Of a stretch of 64,000 nt of DNA, positions 57,970 through 64,000 are shown piece by piece; position 1 is the stretch's first letter; each line of letters begins with the position of its first letter. Made by a program: the position numbers and the translations under genes. Source of the stretch: a virus; the IMG/VR virus record IMGVR_UViG_3300036770_005682, positions 32,001 through 96,000 of that record; one strand, 5' to 3'. The notes below the pieces were generated by a model, which saw nothing but the letters and a program-made list of their open reading frames with translations, ran no database searches and was not told the origin of the DNA.

Positions 57970-58284
57970 ATGCCGGAAGAAGTATTTTACGACCCAGAAG
58001 ACGTGTCTCGTTCGTGGACCGAATTGAACATCGGCACACCCGGTATACGCACTACTCCACCGTTGCTCGAGTACTTGGAGCTGCTCGAGTCAGTCCGGTG
58101 GATGCTGCCGCGCGTAATGGCCTACTACTCCGAGCAGGACTGGTGTGCTGGTTGGCTTGTAGACCTCGAAAAGATACTTCCCGACCGCTACCCACAAATA
58201 GGCGTAGCAGCTAAGCATCTTGGGTCAATCTGTACATACTGGGACGGCAGCGAAGGCAGTCCTGGTGAATGGGGAGAGTTTTAG
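57970..58284 (+). CDS. Hypothetical protein
   Basis: 104-aa ORF; SEQDWCAGW. Confidence 0.55.
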   Translation: MPEEVFYDPEDVSRSWTELNIGTPGIRTTPPLLEYLELLESVRWMLPRVMAYYSEQDWCAGWLVDLEKILPDRYPQIGVAAKHLGSICTYWDGSEGSPGEWGEF

Positions 58285-58622
58285 TCTTCTCCCCGCAACG
58301 AACGTCGGTTAGCGTTGCGCTTTGACACCCTGATGTAGCCGTCAAGTCCCTTGGCTGTTATTGAATACTGGCCATTCGGAAGTTTCTGGATGAAACCCAT
58401 CGTGGCGAGCTTCTTTATTGCATTGGTGAACATTTCCTTCTTGGGTGGAGAGGTAACTCGAAATGAGCAGTAGTCCTCATAACTGAAAATCCCACTCGGT
58501 CGTATCTTCCGCACAAAGAACGCGTATCCGAGAACCCTCTCAGCCCAAGAGTTGCGATTGAGAACCTTGAATGGGATTCCATAGTCTGGGTAACGCTGGT
58601 CCCACGGGATTTGCTTAGACAT
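58281..58622 (-). CDS. Winged-helix-like DNA-binding protein
   Basis: IKKLATMGFIQ...YSITAKG. Confidence 0.6.
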   Translation of the reverse strand: MSKQIPWDQRYPDYGIPFKVLNRNSWAERVLGYAFFVRKIRPSGIFSYEDYCSFRVTSPPKKEMFTNAIKKLATMGFIQKLPNGQYSITAKGLDGYIRVSKRNANRRSLRGED

Positions 58623-58833
58623 ACTGGCAGTCTACGGCCGCCACCACAAAATCAAACATACGGGGCTTTTAAGAACCCCGTTATTAAAAGCCGGGGCTGC
58701 GAAGCAGTTGTGAAGCGAGGTGTTCTGGGGCAAAACAAAAGGGGCGCACCAGAAGGTACGCCCCCAAAGTTCAGGCTTTTATGATGTCGCCATCAAAGCG
58801 ACTAACGCCAAAGTGACAACTACGGCAACCATC

Positions 58834-59028
58834 TCACCCCCCTATCTCGGCTGTTGGGTCAAAGTACGGGTCGGGTACTGTCGTATCCCACGGACACGGG
58901 TAGTGAAAGTACTCGCAGTCGGGTACATCGCTCACGCCGAACTCCATTTTGGAACAAGCGAACGCTCCAAGACAGAGGCAGATGAACAACAAACCCCACC
59001 GCACGCACGAGCGTACGAAGTAGTACAT
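58834..59028 (-). CDS. Small membrane/lipoprotein-like hypothetical protein
   Basis: AAAGGA RBS; downstream of a consensus promoter. Confidence 0.5.
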   Translation of the reverse strand: MYYFVRSCVRWGLLFICLCLGAFACSKMEFGVSDVPDCEYFHYPCPWDTTVPDPYFDPTAEIGG

Positions 59029-59060
59029 AACAGTCCTTTCTTAGGACTCCGCCCATCTGA

Positions 59061-59089
59061 AATGTACAGGTGACAAGAGCAAATGTCAA
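59061..59089 (-). promoter_or_regulatory. Early-type promoter
   Basis: TTGACA-17-TACATT. Confidence 0.75.
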
Positions 59090-59692
59090 GGTTTTCGCCT
59101 GTGTTCTCCGTCACACGGCTCAAAGTCACCGAAAGCCGTCGGGCGACCTGCCGGAAGAACTCCAACTGACCGGCGATGCTGGCTCAACAGTCCCGTATAG
59201 CTCTTAGAGCTCTACGGGGCTAACGCGGCGGGAAGAAGGTTTCCTGCGGGAAGTTCCGCAACCTAACACGAAAAACTCAAAAGTCAAGTTTTTGGAACCT
59301 TGAAAATAAAGGATTTCAAGTTTTGGGTTTTTGAAAATAAAAAACAAGAAACTGAAAACTCGGTTTTGCCGTCGGCACGAGTGCCATCTGAGTCCCCGTG
59401 CGGCTGACCTCGGCAGCCCCGCCGCCAGCATCTCAAAAAGATTTGACGGTGGCGGAAGAGCGGGTTCGGGTCAGGGTTTTGTGCCAAACCTAGACGCTCA
59501 GAACGGCTCAGGCTGAAACGGGGTCACCGATACCGCAGAAGAGGACGAACTCCCGTGAGAGGGCGTGTGAGGGGGCTATCCGAGGCGTTTAGGGGCATGG
59601 CAAAGCCGACCCACCCAACTGGCAGGTCGGCTCAACCGATAACTACTAGACGAAGAACAGCGCAGTCAAGGCGATGACTACAACGATGGCGG

Positions 59693-59965
59693 TCATGCTT
59701 GGGGAATACCCAAAGCGGCGAGCGTTGGGTGCGTTGAGTGTGTTTCTCCCTGTGCGTCTACCCACACAACAACATCACGACGAGGTGGTTCTTGCCCGCA
59801 TGGGTAAAAGGCTGCCTTGTGCCAACCCTTAGAGCCACAGTTGTCGCAGTAGCGTTCCCAGTCTTGCGGGTCGTCCCACCACGCATGAGTTGCGTAGTTC
59901 GCATCTGCTTCTTCTTGTGTCCCAGCGAAAGGGACTGGTTCGTTTATGAGTTGGATTACCTTCAT
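59693..59965 (-). CDS. Leaderless early hypothetical protein (CDNC)
   Basis: ATG 7 nt after the -10 box. Confidence 0.6.
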   Translation of the reverse strand: MKVIQLINEPVPFAGTQEEADANYATHAWWDDPQDWERYCDNCGSKGWHKAAFYPCGQEPPRRDVVVWVDAQGETHSTHPTLAALGIPQA

Positions 59966-59972
59966 GTTGTGA

Positions 59973-60001
59973 AGTGTACCTAGCACATCGCAGAAAGTCA
60001 A
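59973..60001 (-). promoter_or_regulatory. Early-type promoter
   Basis: TTGACT-17-TACACT. Confidence 0.75.
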
Positions 60002-60439
60002 GCGATGTCGGAAGAAACTTTCGAGACCTTCCTGGACGCCTGGCTGATGAACCCGATAGTCCCGTATCCCCAAGATGGGTATACGGGGCTGATGGCACGG
60101 GAAGGAAAACTTCCGGAGTTGACTTTTCACGGGCGGCTTGTTAGGTTATGCGTTTTGGTGTTTTGAGGTTTTTCACCACTTTTAGTGGTTTTTGAGCAAA
60201 GTTCGCCACGGAAAGTGGCGATTCCGAGAAAAACAACAAAACAACAACGAAGTTCTCGCCCGCCGAACGTGCGCTGAGCCGACATCAACTGGGTCGTCTG
60301 CGGGGCTGATGACCCAGTCACATTTACGACGGTGGCGGAAGACGGGCAACAAGAAAGCCCGCCCCCTTTCGGAGACGGGCTCTTGGTCAAACTGCCAGCA
60401 GAAGAACAACTGCCAGCGTAATCACTAACGCTGTCACTC

Positions 60440-60637
60440 TTAGTTTGTGTCCCCCTCTTCGGGGGAAACGATGTAATCAACATCGCCCCAAACTATTTCG
60501 TGCTCTCGCACTGCTTTTACTTTTCCCAATTCGTTGGTGATGAGGTCAAGGTATGCCTCCACCTTCGCTTCTGCTTCACTTTCTGACTTTGCGTCAAAAG
60601 TGTGAACCATCAGCGTGATGTTCGCTATGTATTTCAC
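60440..60637 (-). CDS. Leaderless early hypothetical protein
   Basis: GTG 6 nt after the -10 box; terminator hairpin downstream (~60355-60384). Confidence 0.6.
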   Translation of the reverse strand: MKYIANITLMVHTFDAKSESEAEAKVEAYLDLITNELGKVKAVREHEIVWGDVDYIVSPEEGDTN

Positions 60638-60643
60638 AGGTGG

Positions 60644-60672
60644 AATGTACACCCTGTACAACACAACGTCAA
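60644..60672 (-). promoter_or_regulatory. Early-type promoter
   Basis: TTGACG-17-TACATT. Confidence 0.75.
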
Positions 60673-61155
60673 TGTGTTCTGCGTCACACCTACGTCCAGC
60701 CGATGACCTGTCGTTGCTGTGAGATGTCAGCCGCCGCAGCGATGACCAGCATCTCGTGGGCTGAGCCCCAGGTGGGCAAAAGCCCCGATGGGGTAATACC
60801 CCAGCACGGGGCTGCCAGGCGCAACCGGCCGGAAGGCCTCGATGGCCGGCCCTCCCCGAGTTATTCGAATAAGTTTTGGTCTTTGTCGAGCAAAAACGAC
60901 CACTTTTTGTGGTTTTTGGATAAATCCGACCACGGAAAGTGGTTTTTCCTAAAACTAAAACGGAAAAGTCGAGCTCAGCTCCTCGAGCTCACGTAGCTTC
61001 GCCAGCTATGCGGGGTTGTGGGGCGGGGCTCACAACCCCGACGCATCTACTTTGACGGTGGCGGAAGACGGCTAGCGCACCTGAGCCGAGACAGCAACAA
61101 GCCCGCCGTGCGGGGGGAAGGGGCACGGCGGGCTTGTGCGATTGGTGAGAATGGA

Positions 61156-61518
61156 CTACTTCCAGCAGGCAGCGGAATAGACGACTTCGCTCAGGTTGTC
61201 GCAATAGACATCAAGCACTTCGTGCTCAACGACTAGCGTACCTTTCGCTTCGCCACGGTTCACGAGTCGGACACGGCGCACTTCGTACAGGTCTAGGTAG
61301 TTGAGTACCACCTCAACCGCACGACTCTCTCCGCACAGCATTAGCAAGCCAATGGTCACGCCATCGCTAGCGTTCACCTTTGCCCACTTTCCACCGCACA
61401 CAGCGAGAAAGGTCATCTTGCCCATTTGGGCTATGACCTCTTGCGGGTCGCAGTCACGACCTGAACGGTCAAGGTTGCGCAAGGCAATCAGAGACAGGTC
61501 GGTTTTCGTTGCTTTCAT
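61156..61518 (-). CDS. Early hypothetical protein
   Basis: GAAAGGGGGTG RBS; DLYEVRR...DVYCDNLSEVV. Confidence 0.7.
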   Translation of the reverse strand: MKATKTDLSLIALRNLDRSGRDCDPQEVIAQMGKMTFLAVCGGKWAKVNASDGVTIGLLMLCGESRAVEVVLNYLDLYEVRRVRLVNRGEAKGTLVVEHEVLDVYCDNLSEVVYSAACWK

Positions 61519-61541
61519 TTCTTCACCCCCTTTCACCTTGC

Positions 61542-61570
61542 AGGGTACAAGTCGCAAGTGGGTAAGTCAA
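61542..61570 (-). promoter_or_regulatory. Early-type promoter
   Basis: TTGACT-17-TACCCT. Confidence 0.7.
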
Positions 61571-61589
61571 TAGGACAAGTGTCACACTC

Positions 61590-61651
61590 GCCAGCCAGCC
61601 CGCCCGCACGCCCGCCCGCACGCCCGCCCGCACGCCCGTACGCACGCGCGC
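61590..61651. repeat. GC-rich tandem repeat (GCCCGCCCGCAC)x~3
   Basis: Read directly from the sequence. Confidence 0.8.
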
Positions 61652-61783
61652 GTAAGAGTCCCGGACGGGATTTATTCCCGACGGGGCTCCCGCACGGGAT
61701 TGACGGTGGTGGAAGAGTTCCGATGCGGGCACAAACAAAATGCCCGCCCCCTTGCGGAGACGGGCAGTTCGTTGGAGTTTCAG

Positions 61784-62140
61784 TTAGCGGTCTGGATTCG
61801 GCGTTGCCTTCACCGTAAAAGTTCCGCTTGCATCGTGGTGGGCGAGGTGGCAAGTGAGCACTTTCGTTTCAGGGTCAAGCGAGTAACGCAATGACCATTC
61901 CGAACGGACAGTGATACTTTCCAACAACTTCATCGGAGTATCGGCGTGGAAAATGCCGTCTATCGTGCGTGCCCACAAAGGGAATCCTTCAATGCGCCAC
62001 CAAGTGTCGCCTTCGTGAAGTTCCTTGTTGTGTTCAAGCATGACTTCGGCAGTCATGGCAAACAAGTCTGTCGCCATGTCCCACTCCCACTCTTCGGAAG
62101 TGTTGCTTACCTCTTCCCACTCCAAGTCGGAGTCAAGCAT
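61784..62140 (-). CDS. Early hypothetical protein
   Basis: GAAAGGGGGGAG RBS; AHHDA motif; downstream hairpin ~61741-61766. Confidence 0.7.
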   Translation of the reverse strand: MLDSDLEWEEVSNTSEEWEWDMATDLFAMTAEVMLEHNKELHEGDTWWRIEGFPLWARTIDGIFHADTPMKLLESITVRSEWSLRYSLDPETKVLTCHLAHHDASGTFTVKATPNPDR

Positions 62141-62170
62141 GACTCCCCCCTTTCATGAGTTGAGAATGAC

Positions 62171-62199
62171 AGACTACCGACTTAGTAGCGATTAGTCAA
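62171..62199 (-). promoter_or_regulatory. Early-type promoter
   Basis: TTGACT-17-TAGTCT. Confidence 0.7.
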
Positions 62200-62556
62200 G
62201 TAGGCATCGTGTGACATTAGGCACTTCCGAGTAAGACGATAAGAATAAGGACTACAAAGATAGGCACTAATGACATGACAGCAACTTACCGCACCTGAGC
62301 CGAAAAAACAACAACCCGATGTCGGCGATGTCGGGATGGGACGGGAGCCCCGGAGGCCCGCTGCCGGCCCACGGGGCTAACGGGTATCCGACGGTGGCGG
62401 AAGAAGGGCTCGCACTTCTCGTCGGGCTGACTTGGTCTGCTCAGTTTCAGTCGTGCTGTTTCGTGCGAACGCCTGTTCGGGTCGTGAGACGCTCTGCCCC
62501 TGTGTGTCTCATGCGAACACCTGTTCGGCGAACATCTGTTCTGTGACAAACGACAC

Positions 62557-62585
62557 TTGCAATGTGTCCTTGACACCTGTACCCT
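62557..62585 (+). promoter_or_regulatory. Early-type promoter (divergent)
   Basis: TTGCAA-17-TACCCT. Confidence 0.6.
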
Positions 62586-62719
62586 ACTAGGTGGGACAAC
62601 CTGCCCGCCTAGCCTGTGGTGAAGCGACCTGCGTCACGGGGGGAACTAGAAAAGGTAGGGGGTGCGCCGTAGGGAAGGCGTACCTGTCCCACTCAACATA
62701 AGAACCGAGAAGGGGAACC

Positions 62720-62896
62720 ATGACACGCAAAGATTATGTCTTGCTTGCCAGTCATCTCCGCTACGCTCGTACGGGCGTTTCCGTCTCTCTGCTTGCAGGG
62801 TTTGACGAAGCCGTAGAAGCAATAGCGGACGCACTCGCAAGTGAGAACCACCGTTTTGACCGCGATAAGTTTTTGGAAGCGGTGAACCCGAACTAA
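62720..62896 (+). CDS. 58-aa MTRKDY...NHRFDRDKF small phage protein (not in the ORF track)
   Basis: Manually translated; GAAGGGGA RBS; followed by a terminator. Confidence 0.75.
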   Translation: MTRKDYVLLASHLRYARTGVSVSLLAGFDEAVEAIADALASENHRFDRDKFLEAVNPN

Positions 62897-62920
62897 ACAT
62901 TCCCAACACCACAGGCACAG

Positions 62921-62952
62921 AAAGCCCCATGCCGTTTGGCGTGGGGCTTTTT
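62921..62952 (+). terminator. Intrinsic terminator
   Basis: AAAGCCCCATGCC/GGCGTGGGGCTTT followed by TT. Confidence 0.8.
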
Positions 62953-63185
62953 GTTTGCCCTCAACTCCCAGTCGGAACACCTCGCCAGATGGCTTTGATG
63001 GCATCTGGTAGCCCCGGAAGCCGTGCGGCAGCAACGGGGCTCCCACAGGAGTGCGACGGTGGTGGAAGTCCCCTGGTCTCCGCCTCTCCTCGCCTACCTC
63101 GCCCGCTGTCATCATTCGTCTGTCTCAAACTGATGTGACAAACGTCATGTTGTGATGTGTACCTGACAGGTGTAGTGTGCTATGT

Positions 63186-63773
63186 ATGGAAACAGCAACG
63201 AAGGAAGCCATAGCACTACGGGTGCTTGCCGAATACTGGCAGACAGATGTAGCCCCAATGGTGAACCCACGAGCCTGTGTGCTTGCTGGACGCTTGGCGA
63301 CTGTTGTGCTTGGTCGCATCGGCATTTCCACCGCCGTCTACCACACCGACACCGTTGCTATGAATGACCTGTGGTACAACCTGTTCATCGTCAAGGGGCT
63401 TGGTCAGCAGTTCCTTCCCCCTGAGGCATGGTGTGTTGGTGCTGTCACCGCAGATGTCAAGGGAACGCACAGCACGATGGTTGGCGGTTTCAGCGGTCAC
63501 CTTGTTGTGACAACCCCGCACCACTTTGTAGACCTGAGCGCAAGCCAGTTTGACCGTCCCTCACATGACATCGTGACTGGCTCGCCACTCATCGTCCCCC
63601 GTGAGAACATCACAGACACGCCACATGGCAAGATGGTTCCGATACAGCGTGGTGTTTACATCACGAAGCCTGCCGAGAACCCTGCGTCATACCAATGGAC
63701 ACCCGACTGGCAGACCAACTACAAGACCTTTGCGAAGCCACTCATCACCCGCCTGCGGGAGATGTTCTCGTGA
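63186..63773 (+). CDS. Leaderless hypothetical protein, possible transglutaminase/papain-like Cys-His-Asp triad
   Basis: RACVLA...GHLVV...VDLSASQF; TAGTGT 7 nt before the ATG. Confidence 0.6.
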   Translation: METATKEAIALRVLAEYWQTDVAPMVNPRACVLAGRLATVVLGRIGISTAVYHTDTVAMNDLWYNLFIVKGLGQQFLPPEAWCVGAVTADVKGTHSTMVGGFSGHLVVTTPHHFVDLSASQFDRPSHDIVTGSPLIVPRENITDTPHGKMVPIQRGVYITKPAENPASYQWTPDWQTNYKTFAKPLITRLREMFS

Positions 63774-64000
63774 CCGTACGAGACTGGTACGAGTTTGTGG
63801 AAACGGACTTGGAGAACTACGAGCGTGAGAAGTTTCGTGAGATGCTGTCCGACATCGGCTTTGATGACCTGTATGTGGAACGCACCGATGACCACGGCAT
63901 TTGCTACTTGTGCGAGCGTGATGGAGTGTTGTACCTTGTAATGAACAGAGGACAACTGCGTGAGACAAATGCCTACTACCTTTGCTCTACCTGTACTAAC

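Larger units (their letters stand above)
59445..63068. repeat. Six dispersed copies of GACGGTGG(C/T)GGAAG
   Basis: At 59445, 60328, 61054, 61702, 62390, 63055; same orientation; all intergenic. Confidence 0.9.

Noticed and set aside
59445-63068. CRISPR array
   Set aside because: Repeats are only ~15 bp and are separated by 650-880 bp containing genes; no cas genes seen.

Overview
This 64 kb window comes from a large tailed dsDNA phage. The host is probably actinobacterial, judged from two WhiB genes, an Rpf-domain muralytic enzyme, an MSMEG_6728-like gene and many apparently leaderless genes. Bases 1-28.8 kb form a co-oriented block of giant multidomain ('polyvalent') proteins (>1199, 688, 2459, 1264 and 3462 aa) directly upstream of an HK97-fold major capsid gene. 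The main observation is a short peptide, I-S-G-R-M-(G/A/S/T), found 13 times exactly plus 4-5 near variants. It is encoded by divergent synonymous codons and sits at the borders between unrelated domains (DEDDh exonuclease, DUF3626/ART-like, OGFr/DUF1810-like, Nudix, tandem HTH, J-domain, zeta-toxin-like kinase). This suggests virion-packaged polyproteins cut into separate effectors. These proteins also share N-terminal tags, and the four ISGRM-bearing genes are each followed by a small, possibly immunity-like ORF. Bases 30-58 kb hold 12 tRNAs (10 reading A-ending codons, including a rare Ile-UAU), SSB, ParB-like, NrdJ, thioredoxin, primase-helicase, PAPS-reductase-like and SNF2 genes. Bases 59-63.8 kb are an array of mostly single-gene cassettes with consensus sigma70-type promoters and several terminators, punctuated by a conserved 15-bp motif. 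All family assignments are by motif recognition by eye; no searches were run.
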